From Fidelibacterota bacterium (GTDB lineage Bacteria > Fidelibacterota > Marinisomatia > Marinisomatales > UBA1611), in assembly GCA_028101095.1 (NCBI GenBank), contig JAOHKG010000001.1, positions 1,332 to 65,331 of the forward strand: 64,000 nt of DNA, written 5' to 3'. The notes below the pieces were generated by a model. It worked only from the letters and a program-made list of their open reading frames with translations, did no database searches and was not told the origin of the DNA. The translations under genes and the position numbers were made by a program. How positions within the stretch are numbered: the stretch's first letter is position 1; each line of letters opens with the position of its first letter. Below, piece after piece: positions 1 to 9,602 of the stretch.

Positions 1-1
1 A

Positions 2-427
2 TTAGATGCTGAAAGTTATATAACCTCTTTATATGCACCTCTTGCTTATGGTCTACCATATCAATACGCGAAGGGAGGTGTTCAGGTGGAAGGTAATAAA
101 TATATATGGGATAGTAGAAGAAAGATTAAAGGTTTTGAACTCTCTGGCTTTAGCCAAAAATTAGGTTCTATAAAAACCTCACAAAAAGGATCAATAGAAG
201 AGTTTTTATTTGAACGTTATTGTTTATACACTAAGTATAAAAATAAGATATGCATTGGATATACTAGTCATAACCAGTGGACTTTTTATGAAGCTAAAGC
301 AAGCTTTACAATAAATAATCTGACTAAATCTTTTGACCTTGGTATCAATAATTTATTTGAACCAGATTATACTCATGTTTCAGATGGAGTTTATGTTAAT
401 GCTTGGTCTTTACAAAACGTATCATGA
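2..427 (+). CDS. DUF2071 (YqjF-like) family protein, C-terminal part; 5' end outside the window
   Basis: The frame is open from nt 2 to TGA 425-427. The C-terminal sequence (LPYQYA..., GSIEEFLFERYCLYT, H.QW) resembles DUF2071 proteins from memory. Confidence 0.55.
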   Translation, partial: LDAESYITSLYAPLAYGLPYQYAKGGVQVEGNKYIWDSRRKIKGFELSGFSQKLGSIKTSQKGSIEEFLFERYCLYTKYKNKICIGYTSHNQWTFYEAKASFTINNLTKSFDLGINNLFEPDYTHVSDGVYVNAWSLQNVS

Positions 428-822
428 AGCAAAGTATGAAAAATAAAAGGGATTTACTAATTTTAGATGGTGACTGTGGTCTATGCCACAGACTTGTTTT
501 TTTTATGGATAATCGACTTTCAACATTAAGTAATATAGGGTACAGGCCTAGAAATTCACAGGATGCCAAAAATATTTTAAAAGATTTACCGATAGAAGTA
601 CAAGGATTTGATACTGTATATTTAATAAGAAAAAGAAAATACTATATAAGATCTGCAGCTGCAATACGATGTCTTCTTTATTTGAATTGGTATTGGAAAA
701 TTTGGTTTCCTATATTATGGGTTATACCCAAACCATTAAGAGATTTTTTTTATAATTTAATAGCAAAATATCGACATAAATTTTTTGATCAGCCAAATAG
801 TTGTACATTTCGAATTGATTAA
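424..822 (+). CDS. DCC1-like thiol-disulfide oxidoreductase (DUF393 family)
   Basis: ATG 424 overlaps the upstream stop (ATGA). The N-terminal LILDGDCGLCHRLV motif matches the D-x-x-C-x-x-C signature of the DCC/DUF393 family. The ORF track offers an alternative start at 403. Confidence 0.75.
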   Translation: MKQSMKNKRDLLILDGDCGLCHRLVFFMDNRLSTLSNIGYRPRNSQDAKNILKDLPIEVQGFDTVYLIRKRKYYIRSAAAIRCLLYLNWYWKIWFPILWVIPKPLRDFFYNLIAKYRHKFFDQPNSCTFRID

Positions 823-864
823 TAACTTTTTAAAACTCTTTCTTTTGATTATTAATCAAGTTGG

Positions 865-2010
865 ATGAAAAAACTTTTTTTTAATTTATATTTTCTTTTA
901 TCTATAAATCTTTTTGCTGATTTTTCAGAAGTTGGACCATATGAAGTAGAGATAACAACATCTGTGATTACATTACCAAATGGTGACGAAACACAATATA
1001 GAATTTTTCTTCCTAATAACCTTATAGATGCTCCTCATGTTATTTTAGCACATGGTTTTGTAGGTTCTCAAGATTTTTTATTTGAATTATCAAAGCACTT
1101 TTCTAGTTGGGGATTAAAAGTTGCTACTATTGATTTAATAAATTCCAATCTTCTAAACAATAATCCTCTAAAAGATGCTGAGGACTTAGTCTATCTATCA
1201 AATGAAGTCTTTGGAGGTGGGGAAGTAATATATGCTGGCTATTCTTCTGGAGGGTTAAGGGCATTGATATCTACTTCTTTAGATTCAAATTCAATTGCAT
1301 ATTTAGGATTAGATATTGTAAATAGTGAGGGCTTAGCTGAATATTATATTCAAAATAATTTAATTCCTTTTTATGGCTTGGTTGGAGAACCCTCCGTATG
1401 TAATTCACAGGGTAATAGTGTAGATGTTTTTAGTCTCGCTTCTAACTCGCAGCTTTTGAGAATAACAGAAGCTGATCACTGCGACTTTCAAAACCCTGCA
1501 AGCTCTCTATGTGCTCTTTTATGTCAAATTGATAATATGGATTTTTCTTCAGATCAAATAAATATAGTTCTTAAAAATCTTTCGACCTCTTTTTTAGTTT
1601 GGCAGGCTAATCTAGATGCTGATGGATTAAATTTTTGGACCTCAGGATATGCAAGCTATGATAATATGATAAATAATGGTTCAATAAGTGATTTAGTCAA
1701 TTTAAGTGTTTTAAGCGATGAGTTAGCTCCAGATAATTTTGATTTATATAAAAATTACCCGAACCCTTTCAACCCAACTACTCAAATTAGATTTGATATT
1801 AAAAATAGATCTATGATAGATGTTAAAATATATGATTTAGAAGGGAGCGTAGTTAAAAATTTATTTTCAGGTATTAAAAATATTGGTAATCATACAATAA
1901 AATGGGATGCTAATAACAATATGAATAGTCCACTTCCTTCAGGTATTTATTTTTGTCTTATTAAATCTGGTAATCTTAAAAAAGTAAATAAAATGACTTT
2001 AATAAGATGA
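865..2010 (+). CDS. secreted alpha/beta hydrolase (dienelactone hydrolase/cutinase-like) with a T9SS C-terminal sorting domain
   Basis: The N-terminus is hydrophobic and signal-like. HVILAHGFVG...WGLKVATIDL and a GYSSGG nucleophile elbow (GxSxG) are present, with a possible His in EADHCDF. The last ~85 aa (NYPNPFNPTTQIRFDI...IYDLEGSVV...WDANN...SGIYFCLIKSG...KMTLIR) form a FlgD-Ig/T9SS type sorting domain. Confidence 0.7.
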   Translation: MKKLFFNLYFLLSINLFADFSEVGPYEVEITTSVITLPNGDETQYRIFLPNNLIDAPHVILAHGFVGSQDFLFELSKHFSSWGLKVATIDLINSNLLNNNPLKDAEDLVYLSNEVFGGGEVIYAGYSSGGLRALISTSLDSNSIAYLGLDIVNSEGLAEYYIQNNLIPFYGLVGEPSVCNSQGNSVDVFSLASNSQLLRITEADHCDFQNPASSLCALLCQIDNMDFSSDQINIVLKNLSTSFLVWQANLDADGLNFWTSGYASYDNMINNGSISDLVNLSVLSDELAPDNFDLYKNYPNPFNPTTQIRFDIKNRSMIDVKIYDLEGSVVKNLFSGIKNIGNHTIKWDANNNMNSPLPSGIYFCLIKSGNLKKVNKMTLIR

Positions 2011-2056
2011 AAAATTTAAATTAAATTAAATTAAATATTATTTATTTAGAGATTCA

Positions 2057-2254
2057 TATATAAGTATTGATATATATGATCTTAAAAGACTTAAGGTCAA
2101 GTCTTTAATAGGGGGGTTCTTCTCAGCAGGTTCTCATTCAGTTCAATGGGATGCAACTAATGATTTAGGTGAGATTGTTTCAACTGGAATGTACTTTTAT
2201 ACACTAAGAACTAAACAGTTTAGTGAAACAAATAAAATGCTGTTTCTTAATTGA
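2057..2254 (+). pseudogene. orphan fragment of a T9SS C-terminal sorting domain (no start codon, no upstream catalytic part)
   Basis: The frame is open only from the TAA at 2027-2029 to TGA 2252-2254. It translates to YISIDIYDLKRLKVKSLIGGFFSAGSHSVQWDATNDLGEIVSTGMYFYTLRTKQFSETNKMLFLN. This aligns with the sorting domain of the upstream gene (IYDL, V.K.L, G.H...WDA.N, SG.YF, NKM.L) but lacks the first PNPFNP strand and any ATG. Confidence 0.6.
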
Positions 2255-2332
2255 GATATAAAATTACAAAGATTTTAGAGAGCCTTATAATTATACAGCT
2301 CAGTTTGATTGGATCTTAATATTTTTTATTAA

Positions 2333-2361
2333 TTGACAAAAAAAAATAAAGCTTTTAATTT
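2333..2361 (+). promoter_or_regulatory. candidate sigma-70-type promoter for the ilv operon (TTGACA-N17-TAATTT)
   Basis: TTGACA lies at 2333-2338 and TAATTT at 2356-2361 with a 17-nt spacer, in the 645-bp intergenic region upstream of ilvD. This is sequence pattern only, and FCB-group promoters may follow a different consensus. Confidence 0.25.
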
Positions 2362-2478
2362 TTGTTAACGATTTTAATAATTATCGAATAAGATATTATA
2401 ATAAGTTTAAGATTGGTAAAAATATTGAGATATTTTAAAAATAAAACACTTCGAACCAAGACTCTAAAAATTACGCGA

Positions 2479-2547
2479 GTGGAAATAGCCAATATTCTTA
2501 CTATTATTTATTTGATTATTATTACAATCGCTATTTTAGCTGCCTGA
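2479..2547 (+). promoter_or_regulatory. candidate Ile/Leu-rich leader peptide ORF upstream of ilvD
   Basis: GTG 2479 to TGA 2545-2547 encodes MEIANILTIIYLIIITIAILAA (9 Ile and 3 Leu in 22 aa). Its 3' end forms the 5' arm of a hairpin at 2529-2572. There is no clear SD and no U-tract terminator. Confidence 0.25.
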
Positions 2548-2654
2548 AAATATAAAGGTGGAAAAAATAGCGAAAGTCACTCCTCTCTAAGTTTCCCACA
2601 TTATACAAGCCGCTAAAATAACTGTTTCAGAATAATCTTAGTTATTAGTGAGTT

Positions 2655-4331
2655 TTGATGAGATCAGACGAAATAAAAAAAGGATTTGAAAGAGCTCCCC
2701 ATAGGAGCCTTTTGAAGGCTACAGGTTTAATTGAATCAGATGATGATTTTCAAAAACCATTTATAGGTGTGGCCAATTCTTATATAGATCTAATACCAGG
2801 GCATGTGCATTTGCAAAAATTTGGAAAAATCGCAAAAGATGCAATTAGATCTGCAGGTGGTGTACCTTTCGAGTTTAATACCATCGGAGTTGATGATGGT
2901 ATTGCTATGGGCCATATTGGAATGAGATATTCACTTGCAAGTAGAGAACTCATTGCAGACAGTGTTGAAACCGTAGCTGAAGCACATAGGCTTGATGGAC
3001 TTATTTGTATATCAAATTGTGATAAGATTGTACCTGGGATGCTAATGGCTGCCCTAAGAGTAAACATACCTACTATCTTTATTTCTGGTGGTCCTATGAA
3101 AGCTGGCGTAGATAAAAAAGGTAATAAAATTGATCTTGTCTCCGTATTTGAAGGAGTGGGTAAGTATAAAGCGGGAACGATCAATGATGAAGAATTAAAC
3201 GACTTAGAAGATAATGGATGTCCAACTTGTGGTTCTTGCTCTGGAATGTTTACAGCTAACTCGATGAATTGTTTAATGGAAGCACTTGGCTTAGCTCTTC
3301 CTGGTAATGGAACAATCCTTGCTGTAGATCCTGAAAGGTTAGAATTGGTTAAAAAAGCAGGACTTGCTATTGTAAAATTGGTAGAAAAAGATTTAAAACC
3401 TCGCGATATTGTAAATAAAAACTCTCTTATAAATGCTTTTGTACTAGACATGGCAATGGGTGGAAGTACAAATACAGTTTTACACACTATCGCTGCATCA
3501 GTTGAAGCAGGTATTGAATTTGATTTAAAAGAATTAAATAATTTAAGTCGGAAGACTCCGTATCTATGTAAGGTGAGTCCAGCAGTTCCCGATGTTCATA
3601 TGGAAGATGTTTTTAATGCTGGAGGTATTTCTGTTATTTTAAGAGAGCTATCTTTTATTGATAATTTACTTGATTTAAATCGCCCAACTGTCACTATGAA
3701 TACACTTGGAGAAAATATAAGTAAGTCTTTTAATAAGAATAAAAATGTGATTCGCACTGTGGAAAATGCATTCTCTAACCAAGGAGGTTTAGCTGTATTA
3801 TTTGGAAATATAGCACCTGAAGGGTCCATAGTAAAAACTGCAGCGGTCAATTCAGTAATGCTTAACCATAGAGGACCTGCACGTATTTATGAATCTCAAG
3901 AAGATGCTGTTAAGGGAATTATGAATGGTGATATTCAAGCTGGAGATGTTGTCGTAATTCGGTATGAAGGACCAAAAGGTGGTCCTGGAATGCCGGAAAT
4001 GCTTTCTCCCACTAGTGCGATAATGGGTATGGGGCTTGGATCAAAAGTTGCGTTGATTACAGATGGTAGGTTTTCAGGTGGAACAAGAGGTGCTTGTATA
4101 GGTCATATTTCTCCAGAAGCTGCTTCTGGAGGTCCTATTGCAGTTATTCAAAATGGGGATTTTATTAAAATAGATATCAATGAAAGGTCTATAAATCTTG
4201 AAATTTCTAAAAAAGAATTAAATAATAGGCTTGCATGTTTATCAGAATTTGAATTAAAAATTAAAAAAGGGTATTTAGGTCGCTATGCTAGAATGGTGAC
4301 TTCTGCCAATAGAGGAGCAGTTCTTGAGTAA
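2655..4331 (+). CDS. ilvD: dihydroxy-acid dehydratase
   Basis: The 558-aa ORF carries IlvD motifs ([34 protein letters not shown]). It is the first gene of the ilv cluster. The start is TTG 2655 or ATG 2658. Confidence 0.95.
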   Translation: MMRSDEIKKGFERAPHRSLLKATGLIESDDDFQKPFIGVANSYIDLIPGHVHLQKFGKIAKDAIRSAGGVPFEFNTIGVDDGIAMGHIGMRYSLASRELIADSVETVAEAHRLDGLICISNCDKIVPGMLMAALRVNIPTIFISGGPMKAGVDKKGNKIDLVSVFEGVGKYKAGTINDEELNDLEDNGCPTCGSCSGMFTANSMNCLMEALGLALPGNGTILAVDPERLELVKKAGLAIVKLVEKDLKPRDIVNKNSLINAFVLDMAMGGSTNTVLHTIAASVEAGIEFDLKELNNLSRKTPYLCKVSPAVPDVHMEDVFNAGGISVILRELSFIDNLLDLNRPTVTMNTLGENISKSFNKNKNVIRTVENAFSNQGGLAVLFGNIAPEGSIVKTAAVNSVMLNHRGPARIYESQEDAVKGIMNGDIQAGDVVVIRYEGPKGGPGMPEMLSPTSAIMGMGLGSKVALITDGRFSGGTRGACIGHISPEAASGGPIAVIQNGDFIKIDINERSINLEISKKELNNRLACLSEFELKIKKGYLGRYARMVTSANRGAVLE

Positions 4332-6057
4332 GTTAAAAAATAAGGTACTTTTATCAGGAGCAGAAATCATTTGGGAATGTCTATTGAAAGAGGGTGTAGA
4401 CACAGTTTTTGGTTATCCTGGTGGAGCAATATTACCAGCTTATGATGCGTTAAATAATTATAGTGATAAGATTCATCATGTGCTAGTTAGACATGAACAA
4501 GGCGCTACGCACATGGCCGATGGATATGCGAGAGTTAGTGGTAAAGTGGGCGTTGCAATTGCAACCTCAGGACCAGGTGCAGCTAATATGGTGACTGGTA
4601 TTGCAACCGCAATGATGGATTCATCTCCAATAGTATGTATCACGGGTCAAGTTCCAAGTGCAGCCATAGGAAGTGATGCTTTCCAAGAAATGGATATATC
4701 TGGTGCGGTAATACCTGTTACAAAGCACAGTTATTTGGTTATGGATGCTAAAGATATAGCAAAAACTATTAAAGAAGCATTTGCCGTTGCAAGGTCAGGT
4801 AGACCAGGACCAGTTCTTGTAGACATACCAAAAGACATTCAATCTCAAATAATACATTTTAACTACCCTGAAGGTCCAGTTCGAGTGCCTGGTATGCCAC
4901 TGAGAAAATATCCTGAGGTATCTGATCTTAAAAATGCAGTTAAATTAATTATGGAATCAAAAAAGCCTGTTATTTTAGCTGGGCATGGAATTTTAATTTC
5001 GGGAGCATCAAAAGAGGTCGCTGAATTAGCAGAACTGGTGAATATTCCAATAGGATGGACTCTTCTTGGATCGGGAGCTATTCCATCAAGTCATCCTCTA
5101 AATATGGGTATGATGGGTATGCATGGCGAATTTTCAGTTAATAATGCTATTCAAGAGGCCGATTTATTAATAGCCTGTGGTATGAGGTTTGATGATCGAG
5201 TTACAGGTAATGCAACAACATACTCACCAAATTCAAAAAAAATACATATTGAAATTGATCCATCTGAAATAAATAAAAATATCAAAGTAGACCTTTCTAT
5301 CATAGGTGATTTAAAAACTGTACTACAACAATTAAATCCAATGTTGACTAAAAAAGTAGAAACTAATTGGATAGATACGTTAACGACTTGGCAAGAGCAG
5401 TCTTCAAAAAGAGATATTATCAACCTAAAAACAAAAACGCTTTATGCGGCCCAAGCGATCCATGATATATGGGCTGAAACGAATGGTGATGCTATAGTCG
5501 TTTCAGATGTTGGGCAACATCAAATGCTTGAAGCTCAGTATTATAAACATGATGAGCCAAATACATTATTAACATCAGGTGGTCTAGGCACAATGGGTTT
5601 TAGTTTACCAGCAGCAATTGGAGCTAGTTTTTTTAGAAGAGATAAGAGTATATGGGTTATAGTTGGTGATGGTAGTATTCAAATGACAATTACTGAGCTT
5701 GCAACTGCAGTTCAAGAAAATACAAATATTAACATTGCTATCATTAATAATGGATATTTAGGCATGGTACGTCAATGGCAACAATTATTTTATGATGAGA
5801 GGTACAAAGAAACACCTATAAGTAGCCCAGATTATGTGAAGTTATCTGAGGCTTATGGATTAAAAGGCTTAAGAGTAAAAAAGCGATCGGAGATTGCAGA
5901 CGCCATCAAATTAGCTGAGAGTATAAATGGACCAGTTTTAGTTGAATTTATAGTAGAGCAACATGATATGGTCTATCCAATGGTTGCGACGGGAGCAGAC
6001 TTAAATGATATGATAAGCAGGCCTGTGCATGATCAATTTCAAGAATCAGAGATGTAA
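4324..6057 (+). CDS. ilvB: acetolactate synthase (AHAS) large subunit
   Basis: The 577-aa ORF carries ThDP-enzyme motifs ([48 protein letters not shown]). Its TTG start overlaps the ilvD stop by 8 nt. Confidence 0.95.
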   Translation: MSKLKNKVLLSGAEIIWECLLKEGVDTVFGYPGGAILPAYDALNNYSDKIHHVLVRHEQGATHMADGYARVSGKVGVAIATSGPGAANMVTGIATAMMDSSPIVCITGQVPSAAIGSDAFQEMDISGAVIPVTKHSYLVMDAKDIAKTIKEAFAVARSGRPGPVLVDIPKDIQSQIIHFNYPEGPVRVPGMPLRKYPEVSDLKNAVKLIMESKKPVILAGHGILISGASKEVAELAELVNIPIGWTLLGSGAIPSSHPLNMGMMGMHGEFSVNNAIQEADLLIACGMRFDDRVTGNATTYSPNSKKIHIEIDPSEINKNIKVDLSIIGDLKTVLQQLNPMLTKKVETNWIDTLTTWQEQSSKRDIINLKTKTLYAAQAIHDIWAETNGDAIVVSDVGQHQMLEAQYYKHDEPNTLLTSGGLGTMGFSLPAAIGASFFRRDKSIWVIVGDGSIQMTITELATAVQENTNINIAIINNGYLGMVRQWQQLFYDERYKETPISSPDYVKLSEAYGLKGLRVKKRSEIADAIKLAESINGPVLVEFIVEQHDMVYPMVATGADLNDMISRPVHDQFQESEM

Positions 6058-6069
6058 AGGAAAAAAGAG

Positions 6070-6621
6070 ATGAAACAAACTTTAATAGTATTTGTACAAG
6101 ATGAGCCGGGTGTCTTAAACAGGGTTGCAAGTATGATTCGTAGAAGGAACTTCAATATTGTTAGCATTGTTGCCGGAAGAACTGAACAAAAACAAATAAC
6201 AAGAATGACTCTTGTTCTAAATGAACCAGATAAGACAAAACAAAAGCAGGTTGTAAATAATTTAAAAGCTCTTATTGATGTTTATGATGTTGTTGATGTT
6301 ACTGAAGTCAAATGTCACGTTCGAGAATATGCACTTGTTAAAATTTCTGTTAATAAAACCTATATAGAAGACTTGGACTTACTGTTTTCAAAAGGACATT
6401 GTCGAGTTTTAGATCAAGATGAGAATGCAATGTTAATAGAATTATCGGGGAATGAGACTAATGTGGAATCAGCGATTGATATTTTAAATAAACATGATGT
6501 CTTAGAACTCATGAGGTCTGGAAAAATGGCGATGGTCTCTGGAAACAGTGATCAAAATAAACCAAAACTAGTTAAGTCAGATCCAAATTGGGCAACTCAA
6601 AGACTTCTTGAATCATATTAA
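6070..6621 (+). CDS. ilvN: acetolactate synthase small (regulatory) subunit
   Basis: The 183-aa ORF has an N-terminal ACT domain (LIVFVQDEPGVLNRVASMIRRRNFNI) and lies immediately downstream of ilvB. Confidence 0.9.
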   Translation: MKQTLIVFVQDEPGVLNRVASMIRRRNFNIVSIVAGRTEQKQITRMTLVLNEPDKTKQKQVVNNLKALIDVYDVVDVTEVKCHVREYALVKISVNKTYIEDLDLLFSKGHCRVLDQDENAMLIELSGNETNVESAIDILNKHDVLELMRSGKMAMVSGNSDQNKPKLVKSDPNWATQRLLESY

Positions 6622-6642
6622 TCTTTAAAAATAAAGGGAAAA

Positions 6643-7686
6643 ATGAGAGAGTTAGATATAAGTGGCTTTAAAGAATCAATAATTGAAAGATCAGATTATC
6701 CAATAGAACAGTGTAAGAAAATTCTCAAAGATGAAGTTACCGCAATCTTAGGATATGGACCTCAAGGAAGGGGTCAGAGCTTAAATATGAGAGACCAGGG
6801 TTTTGATGTTATCATAGGTTTGCGAAAAGGAAATAGTTGGGATAAAGCAATTTTAGATGGCTGGGAAGAAGGAAAAACACTCTTTCCAATTAATGAAGCA
6901 GTTGAAAAAGCAACTATTATTCAATTTTTATTATCAGATGCGGGGCAAATCCAAGCATGGCCAGAAGTCAAGTCAAGATTGAAAGAGGGTGATGCATTAT
7001 ATTTTTCTCATGGTTTTGGTGTAGTCTTTCATCAAGATACTCAAATCGTTCCTCCTGACAATATAGATGTTATTTTAGTTGCACCCAAAGGTAGTGGCCT
7101 GACAGTTCGTAATCACTTTAAAGAAGGAAGAGGTATTAATGCCTCATTTGCAATTCATCAAGATTTTACTAAAAAAGCAAAAAAAAGATGTATAGCTACG
7201 GCTTTTGCTATTGGTTCTGGCCATTTATTTGAGACATCTTTTAAGAAAGAGGTTCATAGCGATCTTACAGGTGAAAGGTGTGTTTTGATGGGGCTTTTAC
7301 AAGGTGCTTTTTTAGCTCAATATGAAGTGCTACGAGAAAATGGACATTCCCCATCTGAGGCATATAATGAGACAATTGAAGAAGCTTTGCAAAGTTTATA
7401 CCCTCTTATATCGGAGAAAGGAATGGATTGGATGTATAGTAATTGCTCGACTACTGCACAAAGAGGTGCTTTAGATTGGGCTCCAAAATTTAAAGAAGTA
7501 CTAAAACCAGTGATAGAAGATTGTTATGAAAAAGTAGTAAGCGGGGAAGAAGCCAGAATTTCAATTAAATCTAATTCAAAACCTAACTATAGAGAAGAAT
7601 TAGAAAAAGAACTTCAAATTATAAATAATCAGGAGATGTGGATTGCCGGAAGAAAGCTCAGGCCACTTAGGCCCGAGAATCTTTAA
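6643..7686 (+). CDS. ilvC: ketol-acid reductoisomerase (class I)
   Basis: The 347-aa ORF has the Rossmann motif GYGPQGRGQSLNMRDQG and conserved SHGF and LTGERCVLMG regions. An AAGGGA SD-like sequence lies upstream. Confidence 0.95.
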   Translation: MRELDISGFKESIIERSDYPIEQCKKILKDEVTAILGYGPQGRGQSLNMRDQGFDVIIGLRKGNSWDKAILDGWEEGKTLFPINEAVEKATIIQFLLSDAGQIQAWPEVKSRLKEGDALYFSHGFGVVFHQDTQIVPPDNIDVILVAPKGSGLTVRNHFKEGRGINASFAIHQDFTKKAKKRCIATAFAIGSGHLFETSFKKEVHSDLTGERCVLMGLLQGAFLAQYEVLRENGHSPSEAYNETIEEALQSLYPLISEKGMDWMYSNCSTTAQRGALDWAPKFKEVLKPVIEDCYEKVVSGEEARISIKSNSKPNYREELEKELQIINNQEMWIAGRKLRPLRPENL

Positions 7687-7748
7687 CAAAATAAGACATT
7701 TTATTGTGCTATTTTGTGCATATTTAGCAAAAATAGAGAATAACAAAA

Positions 7749-7770
7749 AGCCCGCTAAAAAAGCGGGTTT
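7749..7770. terminator. bidirectional intrinsic-terminator-like hairpin between ilvC (+) and the tRNA (-)
   Basis: In AGCCCGC-TAAAAAA-GCGGGTTT, the GC stem GCCCGC/GCGGGT is flanked by an A-run on the left and a T-run on the right. This gives a U-tract on either strand. Confidence 0.5.
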
Positions 7771-7788
7771 CTCGTCGGTAAATTTGCG

Positions 7789-7862
7789 TAGCGGAGGAGA
7801 GACTTGAACTCCCGACACCCGGATTATGATTCCGGTGCTCTAACCAGCTGAGCTACTCCGCC
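7789..7862 (-). tRNA. tRNA with anticodon CAT (elongator Met, or Ile2 if lysidine-modified); no encoded CCA
   Basis: The reverse complement GGCGGAGTAGCTCAGCTGGTTAGAGCACCGGAATCATAATCCGGGTGTCGGGAGTTCAAGTCTCTCCTCCGCTA folds as a cloverleaf. The anticodon arm is CCGGA-AT[CAT]AA-TCCGG and the T-loop is TTCAAGT. It is not initiator-like, because the anticodon stem lacks the 3 G-C pairs. Confidence 0.85.
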
Positions 7863-8180
7863 ATATTACTTTCACTCGTCGTGAAAATATGATTATTCCA
7901 AGATATATACTATTATAAATTAATGCTAAATATATATAAAAAAGTATAGAAATGAATGGTGATTGACACAATCTTTTAAAAAATACGTACTTGCAATGTA
8001 AACCATTTCAAATTTATTGCTATTCGAGTCCTTAATTATATTGATTCTTTAATCTGTATAAAAAGTTTGAATTAGTATTTTCTGGATGCTTTTAACCTCT
8101 TATCAAATAATATAGTTATTGAAAAAATTTATTAAATAAAATGAATCAATTTCTGTTTGAACTTGTAATGATCGATGTAG

Positions 8181-9554
<1,374 letters not shown>

Positions 9555-9602
9555 AAAAGTGCCTGTCCACTCAAACCTTTAATAATTAAACTTTTATAGC
9601 TA

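Noticed and set aside
2016-2035. (TTAAA)x4 microsatellite just after the hydrolase stop
   Set aside because: It is a short, AT-only simple repeat in an AT-rich intergenic region. Nothing indicates function or variability.
2780-3487. 235-aa antisense ORF inside ilvD, and similar antisense ORFs (3596-3850, 5151-5423, 9088-9270, 11038-11313, 13629-13955, 14105-14392, 21863-22066, 33836-34120, 37205-37453, 45607-45846, 57976-58435 and others)
   Set aside because: They lie opposite strongly conserved, motif-verified genes. They have low-complexity or odd composition and match no family I recognise. They are typical shadow ORFs.
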